From the NCBI GenBank assembly GCA_030834065.1, contig JAURFX010000001.1, positions 1 to 62,823 of the forward strand: a stretch of 62,823 bases of DNA. Direction: 5' to 3'. Below, piece by piece: positions 18,901-28,238 of the stretch; the first letter of the stretch is position 1; each line of letters begins with the position of its first letter. Below the pieces are notes generated by a model, which saw only the letters and a program-made list of their open reading frames with translations, ran no database searches and was not told the DNA's origin. Source of the stretch: Gammaproteobacteria bacterium (GTDB taxonomy: Bacteria > Pseudomonadota > Gammaproteobacteria > Steroidobacterales > Rariloculaceae). The position numbers and the translations under genes are program-made.

Positions 18901-20574
18901 ATGGAAAATATAGAATTACAAGCTACGAATTTTATTAAAGAGATCATACTTGAAGATAAATCTAGGCTTGGGAACGACTTTCGTTTGCAAACAAGATTTC
19001 CTCCTGAACCAAATGGATTTTTGCATATCGGTCATGCAAAAGCGATTTGCATTTCATTCGATCTTGCAAAGGAATTGGGCGGTAAATGTTATCTAAGAAT
19101 GGATGACACCAATCCTGAAAAGGAATCGTCAGAATATGTAGAACAAATCAAGCATGATGTAAGTTGGCTTGGATATAAGTGGGATGAGCTCACACATGCC
19201 TCTGATTATTTCCCTTCGCTCTACGATTATGCAATTGAATTAATAAAGAATGGGAAAGCCTACGTAGATCACTTATCGCCTGATGAAATTAGATCTTATC
19301 GAGGAACATTGAAAGAATCTGGAAGGGAAAGTCCCTACAGGGAACGATCTTTGGATGAAAACCTTAAGCTTTTTGATGAAATGAAAAGTGGAAAGTTTGC
19401 TGATGGAGAATGCGTTCTTCGAGCTAAGATTAATATGCAGTCTCCAAATTTAAATCTCAGAGATCCAACAATATATAGGATTAAACATATGGATCATCAA
19501 CAGACAGGATCCAAATGGTGCATCTATCCAATGTATGATTTTGCACATTCACTCTCTGATGCGATTGAAGGAACCACACACTCCTTGTGCTCATTGGAAT
19601 TCGAAGATCACCGCCCACTATATGATTGGTTCGTAAATAATTGCTCAGTCATCAATAAGCCAAGACAGATAGAGTTTTCAAGGCTCAACTTGGAATATAC
19701 GGCGATGAGTAAAAGGAAATTGAGACAACTTATTGAAGAGAATTATGTTAAAGGGTGGGATGATCCTAGAATGCCAACACTCTCAGCCCTTAGAAATCGT
19801 GGATATTTTCCTGAAAGTATTAAGAGATTTATCAAGAAAACCGGGGTCACTAAAAAATTCCATACTGTGGAGATTTCTCTTTTAGAGAGTTGTATTCGTG
19901 ATGACTTAAATGAAAAGTGTGAGAGAAGGATGGCAGTGATAGATCCATTAAAAATTATTATTGAGAATTATCCTGAGGATAGTGTTGAGCTATTAGAAAC
20001 TTCCAACCATCCTCAAGATGATTCATTGGGCAAGCGACAAATAAGTTTTTCAAGAGAGATATATATTGAGAGGTCAGATTTTATGGAGGACCCCCCCAAG
20101 AAATTCTTTAGGCTATCAGTTGATAAAGAGGTGAGATTAAGGTCGGCATACATTATCCATTGTCATAAAGCCATTAAGGATGACCAAGGAAATGTTATTG
20201 AGTTGCGCTGCACTTTTGATCCAATGACAAAAAGCGGTAGCGATTCCTCGGGGAAAAAAGTCAAGGGTACCATTCATTGGGTAGATGCAAACAATGCAGC
20301 GAATGCTGAAATACATCTGTATGATAGGCTTTTCAAGGAACCTCAACTTAGCTCGAACGAAGTTGATCAGGATACGATTAATCCTACGTCGCTAGTAATA
20401 ATCCATAATGCTAAATTAGAAAATAGTTTAGATGAGGCACCTACAGATTCAGTTTTTCAGTTTGAGCGGATGGGTTATTTTATTAAAAAGACCAATAAGA
20501 AATCTTCAGGGGATTTGCTTTTTTTCAGGACATCAACATTGAGAGATACCTGGGAAAAATTAAATAAAAATTAA
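18901..20574 (+). CDS. glnS: Glutamine--tRNA ligase
   Basis: Class I HIGH motif (GFLHIGHAK) and KMSKS variant (AMSKRKL). 557 aa, with GlnRS-type overall layout. Confidence 0.95.
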   Translation: MENIELQATNFIKEIILEDKSRLGNDFRLQTRFPPEPNGFLHIGHAKAICISFDLAKELGGKCYLRMDDTNPEKESSEYVEQIKHDVSWLGYKWDELTHASDYFPSLYDYAIELIKNGKAYVDHLSPDEIRSYRGTLKESGRESPYRERSLDENLKLFDEMKSGKFADGECVLRAKINMQSPNLNLRDPTIYRIKHMDHQQTGSKWCIYPMYDFAHSLSDAIEGTTHSLCSLEFEDHRPLYDWFVNNCSVINKPRQIEFSRLNLEYTAMSKRKLRQLIEENYVKGWDDPRMPTLSALRNRGYFPESIKRFIKKTGVTKKFHTVEISLLESCIRDDLNEKCERRMAVIDPLKIIIENYPEDSVELLETSNHPQDDSLGKRQISFSREIYIERSDFMEDPPKKFFRLSVDKEVRLRSAYIIHCHKAIKDDQGNVIELRCTFDPMTKSGSDSSGKKVKGTIHWVDANNAANAEIHLYDRLFKEPQLSSNEVDQDTINPTSLVIIHNAKLENSLDEAPTDSVFQFERMGYFIKKTNKKSSGDLLFFRTSTLRDTWEKLNKN

Positions 20575-21593
20575 TGCAAAGAGAAGGTGTAACGGATCAA
20601 TTAAAAAGACCTATTAGAGATCTTAGAATCTCAGTTATTGATAGATGTAATTTTAGATGCCCTTATTGTATGCCCGAAGAAATTTATGGAGATCAATTTG
20701 AGTTTATTAAAAAAGATCAATGGCTTACCCCAGATCAAATACTCAAGCTTGGACGTGCATTTAATAGTCTGGGTGTAAGAAAATTTAGAATTACCGGTGG
20801 CGAGCCACTACTTAGAAAGGATGTCTTTGAGATTATCCAAAAACTTAAGTCAATTGATGGTATTGAGGATATTGCATTAACTACAAATGGTATGTATCTA
20901 TCTAGGTCTCTGGATAAGCTTAAGTTATCTGGACTAGATAGGATTACGGTCAGTCTAGATAGTATCAATGAAGATACATTTAAATATATGTCTGGTGGTA
21001 AAGGTGATCTTACTAAAGTTCTTGAGGGAGTCTATGATGCCATTGATCATGGCTTTGCACCAATTAAGCTAAACGTAGTTATTAAAAAAAATATTAATGA
21101 TATGGAAGTCTTAAATTTTATTGATTGTTTTAAGGGGGCACCTGTAATCCTTAGGTTTATTGAATATATGGATGTGGGTAATCTTAATCAGTGGAATCAC
21201 TCAGAGGTTGTTACATCAAAAATTATTCTTGATACTATTAACAAGGAGTGGCAAGCCAAACCCCTTGAAAGTAATTATGTAGGGGAAGTTGCTTCGAGGT
21301 ATCTGATCGAGGATATAAATATGGAAATTGGATTCATATCCTCAATTTCAAATCCATTTTGTGGTGATTGTCACAGAGCAAGAATTACTGCTGATGGAAA
21401 GTTCTATACTTGTTTATTTGCTAATCGGGGGCATAATTTGGCAGGCTTGATTAAGAGTGATGTTGATGAAAAGGAGCTCATTAATCATATTTCATCCTTA
21501 TGGAAAGCACGAAATGACAGGTATAGTGAGACAAGAGATATAAAAATTAAGTTTCCTACTGAAAAAGTTGAAATGTTTCATATGGGGGGATAA
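20574..21593 (+). CDS. moaA: GTP 3',8-cyclase
   Basis: It has a radical-SAM CNFRCPYC motif and a C-terminal second cluster CGDCHRARITADGKFYTC. The protein ends in GG. The ATG shares one nt with the glnS TAA. Confidence 0.9.
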   Translation: MQREGVTDQLKRPIRDLRISVIDRCNFRCPYCMPEEIYGDQFEFIKKDQWLTPDQILKLGRAFNSLGVRKFRITGGEPLLRKDVFEIIQKLKSIDGIEDIALTTNGMYLSRSLDKLKLSGLDRITVSLDSINEDTFKYMSGGKGDLTKVLEGVYDAIDHGFAPIKLNVVIKKNINDMEVLNFIDCFKGAPVILRFIEYMDVGNLNQWNHSEVVTSKIILDTINKEWQAKPLESNYVGEVASRYLIEDINMEIGFISSISNPFCGDCHRARITADGKFYTCLFANRGHNLAGLIKSDVDEKELINHISSLWKARNDRYSETRDIKIKFPTEKVEMFHMGG

Positions 21594-22072
21594 TGCTTTC
21601 ACACTTAGATAAAAAAAATAGACCACAAATGGTGAATGTTGGAAGTAAAGACTCTACAGAGAGAATGGCTCGAGCATCTGCAATCATTATTCTTCCTACT
21701 GAAGTGGCTAATCTTTTTAATGAAAAAGATTTTAAAACCAAGAAGGGGCCTGTCATTGATACTGCAATTATAGCTGGAACAATGGGAGCGAAAAAAACCT
21801 CAGATCTTATTCCTTTTTGTCATCAAATAAATCTTGAAAATTGTTCGGTTGAGGTAGATTGGTCAGGTGATAATACATTGGAAATTATATGCACAGCGGT
21901 GACCACTGGTAAAACGGGAGTAGAAATGGAAGCATTAACGGGTGCCAGCATTGCTGCTTTAACCATTTATGATATGTGCAAGGCCTTATCTCATCACATC
22001 AAAATCCAAGAAATAAAATTGATTGCTAAGTCAGGTGGCAAAAGCGAATTTAAAGGCTCAGATGAAGATTAA
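21593..22072 (+). CDS. moaC: Cyclic pyranopterin monophosphate synthase
   Basis: 159 aa of the MoaC family (HLDKKNRPQMVNV; TGKTGVEMEALTGASIAALTIYDMCKA). The ATG overlaps the moaA stop by 1 nt. Confidence 0.9.
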   Translation: MLSHLDKKNRPQMVNVGSKDSTERMARASAIIILPTEVANLFNEKDFKTKKGPVIDTAIIAGTMGAKKTSDLIPFCHQINLENCSVEVDWSGDNTLEIICTAVTTGKTGVEMEALTGASIAALTIYDMCKALSHHIKIQEIKLIAKSGGKSEFKGSDED

Positions 22073-22301
22073 AGTCACTTATTTTGCAGTTTTTAGAGAA
22101 AAAGCAGGACTGCAGAGCGAAGAAATTGAATTTCATGGGTTGAGTTGCTCTGATCTTTTTAATCAACTTTCGATAGTGCATGCTTTTTTAGAAAAGCAAT
22201 CTGGCTGTAAAGTAGCTGTGAATGATAATTTAGTAGACTGGGATTTTAAGCTTAGTGATGGAGATGATATTTTATTATTCCCTCCTGTAGCTGGAGGCTA
22301 A
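22062..22301 (+). CDS. moaD: Molybdopterin synthase sulfur-carrier subunit
   Basis: Track ORF trimmed to the ATG at 22062 (MKIKVTYFAVFREKAG). 79 aa, beta-grasp, with a C-terminal diglycine (PPVAGG). Confidence 0.8.
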   Translation: MKIKVTYFAVFREKAGLQSEEIEFHGLSCSDLFNQLSIVHAFLEKQSGCKVAVNDNLVDWDFKLSDGDDILLFPPVAGG

Positions 22302-22723
22302 TGTTTCAATTGCAAGACAATAGAATCAGTAGAATTGATCTCCTGGATCAATTTTCAAATCCTAGGGCAGGTGCTTTTATTACCTTTGAAGGAATTGTTC
22401 GTAATCATCATGAGGGAAGGGATGTTGCTTACTTAGAATACGAAGCACACCAGAAGATCGCTGAATCCGAAGGAAAAAAAATATTAGAGGAAGCGAGAGA
22501 AAGTTTTGATATTCTCGGATGTTATGCGGTTCATCGAACGGGTAAACTTGAAATTGGTGATATTGCAGTATGGATTGGCTGTCTTGCCTCTCATAGAGAC
22601 GCTTGCTATCAAGCCAATAGATTTATTATTGAAGAACTCAAGACCAGACTTACTATTTGGAAGAAAGAATATTATTCAGACGGAACCAGTGACTGGGTTA
22701 ATTGTAAAACAAAGATTAGTTAG
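22301..22723 (+). CDS. moaE: Molybdopterin synthase catalytic subunit
   Basis: 140 aa of the MoaE family (GAFITFEGIVRNHHEGRDV..LEYEAH). It overlaps the moaD stop by 1 nt. Confidence 0.85.
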   Translation: MFQLQDNRISRIDLLDQFSNPRAGAFITFEGIVRNHHEGRDVAYLEYEAHQKIAESEGKKILEEARESFDILGCYAVHRTGKLEIGDIAVWIGCLASHRDACYQANRFIIEELKTRLTIWKKEYYSDGTSDWVNCKTKIS

Positions 22724-23303
22724 TCAGGCGAGCTAGATCTTTCTTCGTATCTATATCGAAGAGAGCGTTTTTTAATTGAACAGATCTAATAGATTGAATG
22801 TTCGAAAATATGATTTTTGCGCCGGTATCGCCTCGCTGACTCTTCAAATATTTCTTAAAAGCATAATTGACAATAGCCGGTGTTCCCAAGCCATCTGGAT
22901 ATTTTGTAGCTGCCTGATGACTGTTATTTTTTTGTGAGGTTGATATTAGTTTTTCTATATCAAATCTATTTAATAAAACTTGATCCACTAGCATTAATAA
23001 AATTAGATCATTACTTTTTTTCTTTAAATTTAGAATGCAGCGTAATGAACTTGAGAGCCCAGAGCTCCAATTTTTATTTAATATAATTTTTACATTTTTT
23101 GATATTTTTAAATTATTCCTAATGCGTAAATGATGGGCACCTAAAACTACGTATACATCTTTTATATTTAATTGGTGTAGAAGATCAATTTTTCTTAGTA
23201 TGAGTGACTTAGCTTTATATTTGATCAGCTGCTTTGGAAAGCCGAGCCTTCTGGATGCTCCAGCCGCGAGTATTACAGCAGAAAGCCCATGACGTTTAAT
23301 CAA
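22716..23303 (-). CDS. mocA: MobA-like nucleotidyltransferase, probable molybdenum cofactor cytidylyltransferase
   Basis: It has an NTP-transferase N-terminus (SAVILAAGASRRLGFPKQL). 195 aa. The assignment to MocA rather than MobA rests on context with a xanthine-oxidase-family enzyme. Confidence 0.65.
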   Translation of the reverse strand: MIKRHGLSAVILAAGASRRLGFPKQLIKYKAKSLILRKIDLLHQLNIKDVYVVLGAHHLRIRNNLKISKNVKIILNKNWSSGLSSSLRCILNLKKKSNDLILLMLVDQVLLNRFDIEKLISTSQKNNSHQAATKYPDGLGTPAIVNYAFKKYLKSQRGDTGAKIIFSNIQSIRSVQLKNALFDIDTKKDLARLTN

Positions 23304-24918
23304 TTAATTCCCTCCATTTTTTTATTCTTCTCGGTGCGCTTCGAGAGAGATAGTGAGACACTCTAGGCTTCTCATCCTTCATATGAAGCTCATATACCTT
23401 GATGAGAGGATCATTTCTATCGACAGATTGTCTTTGATGTCTTCTTAAATGTTCAACCCAACTTTCATCAATAAAGTGCTCTACGTATCGATGCTCCACT
23501 TCGAGATCTTTATACAAGCCCCAAGCGATCGAACCATTTCTTAACCTTAATCTTCTTACATCACGCATTAATTTTTCAAATTGAGTGACATCCTCTTCCT
23601 TGATCATATACTCGACATTTATCATGACTTGCTCCGAGGAGCTATGAGGAAGCAAAGATAGATGGTCTGCATCTTGTATATCGGTATCTGAGGAATTTAA
23701 TGGTTGAGGCAAGGTTCTTTTTCTAAAAATAAACAGACTAAAAATACCGAAGACGAGCGCAATATTTAATGCGGTTGTAATCGAGCTATTGTTTGCTATC
23801 AATCCCCAACCAATACCCCCTAAAGCCATGGATCCCATGAACGTTGCATAGAACATTGATAATCCTCTTGCCCGAATCCAGCTTGTTAATGCAAGTTGTA
23901 GTACTACTTGCATGGTCGAGATCATACTAATCCATGCTATACCCACCAGGGCCATGCTCGCTAACAGCAATGGAAATATTCTTGTATAGTTGACCGATAT
24001 AATACAGAGCAATCCAATAAGAAATGAGATACTTGCAATACTTCTTGGTTCATAGCGCTCTCTAATTCGAGGTAAAAAAATACCTGTTATCACTGCGCCC
24101 AAACCCATGCTGGTGACAACCAAGCCATAAGACTCTGGCCCTAAGCCCATTTCCTGTCTAATGATAAGTGGCATGAATGAAAAAATAGAGCTTAGCGATA
24201 AGAAGAAACTACCTGCAATGAAGAGAATTGATTTGATTTCAGGGGTTTGTTTGACATAAGCAAAGCCATTTCTAATTGCTCCAAAAAACCTTTCACTTGG
24301 TAAGCTACTCCTCGGCTGCTTATGTTTGTAGCTAAAAATGACAAATAAAATGATTAAAAAACTAATTGCATTCGCACTAAAAACCACCCATGGCCCTGAT
24401 AATGCAATTAAATAGCCAGCAATAACCGGACCTACAGTTCTTGTAATATTCGCAGATATGCTATTGAGAGTTAATGCATTTACAAGATACTCCTTGGGTA
24501 CTATATCAGGCATAATTGAGGCCATAACGGGAAGATAGATGGCAGATCCAATTCCAAGACAAAAAGTGAGGGTGAGTAAGGTTCTTGGTGTGACTAGAGC
24601 TGTAAATGCAAAAAATGCACAAAAACAAGCAATAATTAGCATCCAGGCAATAGCAAAAATTAATAATTTTCTACGATCAACCAGATCAGCAAGTGCGCCT
24701 GCGGGGAGTATTAAGAAAAAACTAGGTAAGAATAAAGCAGTTTGTACAAGAGAGACAAGAAGAGGGTCGCTAGACATAGTAGCCATTAGCCAACCGGCGC
24801 CCACCTCATGCATCCAGGTACCAATGTTTGAAACTATATTGGCAATCCATATATTTCTAAAGATAGAAATTTTAAGAGGAGAAGTAATCGATTGCGCCAT
24901 CGAAAAAAAGTTTAGCAT
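23296..24918 (-). CDS. MFS transporter (MFS_3 / EntS-like 'transmembrane secretion effector' type) with a soluble C-terminal extension
   Basis: 540 aa. About 12 hydrophobic helices span residues 1-400. The C-terminal 130 aa are hydrophilic (EQVMINVEYMIKEEDVTQFEKLMRDV...WVEHLRRHQRQ). It overlaps mocA by 8 nt. Confidence 0.7.
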   Translation of the reverse strand: MLNFFSMAQSITSPLKISIFRNIWIANIVSNIGTWMHEVGAGWLMATMSSDPLLVSLVQTALFLPSFFLILPAGALADLVDRRKLLIFAIAWMLIIACFCAFFAFTALVTPRTLLTLTFCLGIGSAIYLPVMASIMPDIVPKEYLVNALTLNSISANITRTVGPVIAGYLIALSGPWVVFSANAISFLIILFVIFSYKHKQPRSSLPSERFFGAIRNGFAYVKQTPEIKSILFIAGSFFLSLSSIFSFMPLIIRQEMGLGPESYGLVVTSMGLGAVITGIFLPRIRERYEPRSIASISFLIGLLCIISVNYTRIFPLLLASMALVGIAWISMISTMQVVLQLALTSWIRARGLSMFYATFMGSMALGGIGWGLIANNSSITTALNIALVFGIFSLFIFRKRTLPQPLNSSDTDIQDADHLSLLPHSSSEQVMINVEYMIKEEDVTQFEKLMRDVRRLRLRNGSIAWGLYKDLEVEHRYVEHFIDESWVEHLRRHQRQSVDRNDPLIKVYELHMKDEKPRVSHYLSRSAPRRIKKWRELID

Positions 24919-24983
24919 GAATTGAATGATTCATTTTCTAGATTTCGTTGTAACTTGATACACCAATAAAATATACTTTATGG

Positions 24984-25496
24984 ATGAGCTCACAAATTGG
25001 TCTTAACATTGCTGTTCTTACTGTCTCTGATTCAAGAACTGTTGAAAATGATACCAGCGGGTCTTGGCTAGTAGAGGCTATTGAAAAATCTCAACATCAA
25101 GTCATTGATCGTGGACTGGTTGCGGATGATAAGTATGCCATTCGTGCATGTCTTTCTAGTTGGATATATGATCAAAATATAGACGTAATTATTTCAACCG
25201 GTGGTACTGGTTTAACTGGAAGGGATGGTACCCCAGAGGCTGCACTGCCACTCCTTGATAAAGTTATTGATGGTTTTGCGGAATACTTTAGGTATTTGTC
25301 GGTTACAGAAATTAAGACTTCAACTTTACAATCAAGATGCTTTGCAGGTGTTGCCAATGGGACAATTATCTTTTGCTTGCCTGGGTCAACTAATGCCTGT
25401 CAACTTGCTTGGAATGAAATTATAGAACCCCAGCTCAATAGCAATACGAAGCCTTGTAACCTTGCTGACCTGATTCCTAGGTTTTTAGAAAAATAG
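24984..25496 (+). CDS. moaB: Molybdenum cofactor biosynthesis protein B (MoaB/MogA-type MPT adenylyltransferase fold)
   Basis: 170 aa with the MoCF_biosynth motif ISTGGTGLTGRDGTPEA. Confidence 0.8.
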   Translation: MSSQIGLNIAVLTVSDSRTVENDTSGSWLVEAIEKSQHQVIDRGLVADDKYAIRACLSSWIYDQNIDVIISTGGTGLTGRDGTPEAALPLLDKVIDGFAEYFRYLSVTEIKTSTLQSRCFAGVANGTIIFCLPGSTNACQLAWNEIIEPQLNSNTKPCNLADLIPRFLEK

Positions 25497-25513
25497 TTTG
25501 ATAAAATATTGAA

Positions 25514-25608
25514 ATCTGAGGGGTGGCAATTAGCCTGAGAGAATTATTCAACCCTTTGAACCTGATACGTTTAATGACGGCGAAGGGACAGAGCTTGAGG
25601 CCTCAGAA
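25514..25608 (+). promoter_or_regulatory. TPP (THI-box) riboswitch
   Basis: The conserved aptamer elements occur in order: GGGGTG, CTGAGA (25535-25540), ACCCTTTGAACCTGAT (25551-25566), TAATG and GACGGCGAAGGGA (25576-25588). A possible P1 is TCTGAGG (25515-21) paired with CCTCAGA (25601-07). The AGGAGG SD and the TTG start of the next gene follow within 20 nt. Confidence 0.85.
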
Positions 25609-25624
25609 TTAGAAGGAGGCTTCA

Positions 25625-27676
25625 TTGAAATTTAAATTCTTACTCTTTTTATTCTTTCTCATAAGCTTGGCTTGGACTCAAGATGATATGGATATAATTG
25701 AGGAAATTACCGTATACGCAAGTTTAGATAATAGTCTATCAGAGGACTTAATTAGTACGACAGTTTTATTAAGGGATCAATACGAGGCCTTTTCTGTTTT
25801 TAGTATTCAGGATATTTCCAAGTTTATTCCTAATTTAAATTGGTCTGGTGAGGGATCAAGAACACGATATTTTCAAATTAGAGGCATTGGTGAGCGCGAG
25901 CAATATCAAGGTGCTCCTAATGCTTCTGTTGGCTTTATCATAGATGATATTGATTTAACAGGCATTGCAATGGCTTCAAATTTATATGGTATTTCCCAAG
26001 TTGAAGTTTTGAGGGGGCCTCAGGGCACAATCAATGGCTCAAATGCACTTGCCGGATTGGTATACCTAAAGAGCGAAGACCCTAAAGATGAATTATCCAT
26101 TGATACGAATTTTCAATTTGGCTCGGATGACCTTAAAGCTTACGGGTTTAATTTTTCATTACCCCTATCGAATACCGTGAGTGCGAGGTACATGGTGCAA
26201 AAAATGGGACAAAATGGATTCATGGAGAATGAATTCTACAAAGCTTATGATACCAACCATCGCAATGAGCTCATTCATCGATTAAATTCGCGAATTAATC
26301 TTACGTCCAGGAGTGAACTAAACCTTAATTTATTAGTCGCTGATTTTAATAATGGCTATGATGCTTGGACTAATGATAATACTAGAAAAACTTATTCAGA
26401 TTATCTTGGCAAAGATAAGCAAAACCTTAATGCTTTTTCATTAAATTATCATCATCAGTTTGATAAATTGAGCTCAAGGTTGGTTATGAGCCAGTCGAAT
26501 TCAAATATGTTTATCGCTTATGATGGTGATTGGGGAAATAATGATTATTGGGGCGTGTTATATGACTTTACCTCTGAGACGCAAAGAGTAAGAAAGCAAA
26601 GAACATTTGATTGGAGTATTTCAACAAATAGCCCTGAAGATAATTACAGTCTGATTGGGGGTTTGTACCTAAAAAAAGTTGATGAAGAAAATATGATTGA
26701 CGAAATCTATAATGGTTTTGTCTACCGAGATTCTGATTCAGTCTTTAATGGAAGCTATCTCGCTCTGTATGGAGACTTTAAATATTTTCTAAGCGATCAA
26801 CTCACATTCAATATTGGGCTAAGAACTGAGGAGCACCTTTTTGATTACTTGGATGGTGATTTAGACTATTCCTCGCCGGATTATATTAACCAGGCTTTTA
26901 CGCTTGGGGGTGTCTACCAACTATCTGACTTGACCCAAATTATATTTACTGCAAGCCAAGGGTATAAATTTGGAGGAATAAATATTGGAACTGTTGTGCC
27001 AAATGAATTTCGATTCTATGACAGTGAGAATTTAATGAGCTATGAGCTTGGCGTAAACAGCGAGCTTCTCGATGGGGCGGTCAGATTAAAAAGCCAAATA
27101 TTTTTTTCTTCACGCAATAATCAACAGATAAGTACCTCAATGCAGTTGGATCCTCAGGATCCCTTAAGTTTTATATACCTTACAAAAAATTTTGATGCTG
27201 GAGAGAATAAGGGCATAGAAGCCGAAGTAGGCATATTTTTTTCTGAGCGCTTGCATGCTCGATTAAGCGCAGGATTTTTAGATGCAGTATTTGCGGACAC
27301 ACCTGAGATCCCTTTAAACTTGAGGGGTAGGGAGCAGGCTTATGCTCCAAGCTTTCAATGGAGCGCACTCCTTAACTATCAATTAAATGCCAACCTTCAA
27401 ATACAAGGATCATTCTTTAAACAAGATGGTTATTTTTTTGATGAGAGCCATGATCAACAAGCAACCGCTTATAGTTTAGTTGATATCGCCGTAGTGTATT
27501 CATTAGAGCGTACGCAAATTACATTTTGGACAAAAAATATCCTTAATCAGGATTATCCAATTCGAGGATTTTATTTTAGTAATGATCCCAATGACCCTTT
27601 ATATCTCCCTAATTTATTTATCCGATCCGGTGATCCAGTTCAGGCAGGCATTACTTTAGACTACTTATTCCAATGA
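25625..27676 (+). CDS. TonB-dependent outer-membrane receptor
   Basis: It has a signal peptide, a TonB-box-like EEITVYA and the plug motif VEVLRGPQG. A long beta-barrel region rich in alternating aromatic residues follows. 683 aa. The start is TTG. Confidence 0.85.
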   Translation: MKFKFLLFLFFLISLAWTQDDMDIIEEITVYASLDNSLSEDLISTTVLLRDQYEAFSVFSIQDISKFIPNLNWSGEGSRTRYFQIRGIGEREQYQGAPNASVGFIIDDIDLTGIAMASNLYGISQVEVLRGPQGTINGSNALAGLVYLKSEDPKDELSIDTNFQFGSDDLKAYGFNFSLPLSNTVSARYMVQKMGQNGFMENEFYKAYDTNHRNELIHRLNSRINLTSRSELNLNLLVADFNNGYDAWTNDNTRKTYSDYLGKDKQNLNAFSLNYHHQFDKLSSRLVMSQSNSNMFIAYDGDWGNNDYWGVLYDFTSETQRVRKQRTFDWSISTNSPEDNYSLIGGLYLKKVDEENMIDEIYNGFVYRDSDSVFNGSYLALYGDFKYFLSDQLTFNIGLRTEEHLFDYLDGDLDYSSPDYINQAFTLGGVYQLSDLTQIIFTASQGYKFGGINIGTVVPNEFRFYDSENLMSYELGVNSELLDGAVRLKSQIFFSSRNNQQISTSMQLDPQDPLSFIYLTKNFDAGENKGIEAEVGIFFSERLHARLSAGFLDAVFADTPEIPLNLRGREQAYAPSFQWSALLNYQLNANLQIQGSFFKQDGYFFDESHDQQATAYSLVDIAVVYSLERTQITFWTKNILNQDYPIRGFYFSNDPNDPLYLPNLFIRSGDPVQAGITLDYLFQ

Positions 27677-27686
27677 AATCATTAGC

Positions 27687-28238
27687 ATGGAGGTATTAAT
27701 CCAGATATTTGCAGTACTTTTTGGTTTTGCATACGTCTTGCTCGCAATCTTAGAGAATAGGATCTGCTGGATTTTTGGATTCTTTAGTTCCTTCATCTTT
27801 TTATTTATTTTTTATCAGTCTGAGATATATATGCAGGCGCTTCTGCAGTTATTCTATTGTTTTGTCGCGGTATACGGATGGTTAAATTGGGGATCTCAAA
27901 GCAATCCATTACCTATCACCAGAATTGGCATACTGAAATCAATTTTCTATTTTCTCTTTGCTGCATCCTTATTTTTTATAATCTATAGCTTGATCAGGGA
28001 TCTCAGCATCGCTCTTATTCCCATCGATCTGTTTATTTCGATACTGGCAATCACAGCGACATACCTAGCTTCAGAAAAGAAAATTGAAAATTGGTTTTTT
28101 TGGATCATTGTTGATCTTTTAACTATTTATTTACTTGTTTCGCAGGGACTTTTTGTTTCGAGCTTGATGTATGTCATTTACTTTTTTATGTCAGTGATAG
28201 GCTTGTTAAAGTGGCATAAAAATTTAAAAGTGATATGA
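27687..28238 (+). CDS. PnuC-family vitamin channel, probable thiamine transporter (PnuT-like)
   Basis: 183 aa and multi-TM, with PnuC-type aromatic motifs (FVAVYGWLNWG; VIGLLKWHK). It lies downstream of the TPP riboswitch. Confidence 0.7.
   Translation: MEVLIQIFAVLFGFAYVLLAILENRICWIFGFFSSFIFLFIFYQSEIYMQALLQLFYCFVAVYGWLNWGSQSNPLPITRIGILKSIFYFLFAASLFFIIYSLIRDLSIALIPIDLFISILAITATYLASEKKIENWFFWIIVDLLTIYLLVSQGLFVSSLMYVIYFFMSVIGLLKWHKNLKVI

Noticed and set aside
20500-20600. A Moco riboswitch upstream of moaA. I also checked upstream of the molybdoenzyme genes, moeA, moaB and the MFS-mocA pair.
   Set aside because: moaA overlaps glnS, so no leader exists. The other leaders are 46-75 nt of AT-rich sequence without the conserved Moco-motif elements.
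22023-22061. The longer moaD start from the ORF track (MLSQVAKANLKAQ...).
   Set aside because: These 13 codons lie inside the 3' end of moaC. The MoaD family N-terminus (MKIKV...) begins at the ATG at 22062.
24917-24935. Nested short palindromes between the MFS gene and moaB: ATGAAT..ATTCAT and AATGA-T-TCATT.
   Set aside because: The arms are only 5-6 bp in very AT-rich DNA, and one arm includes the MFS start codon. This is within chance expectation, and they match neither a ModE nor a Fur consensus.
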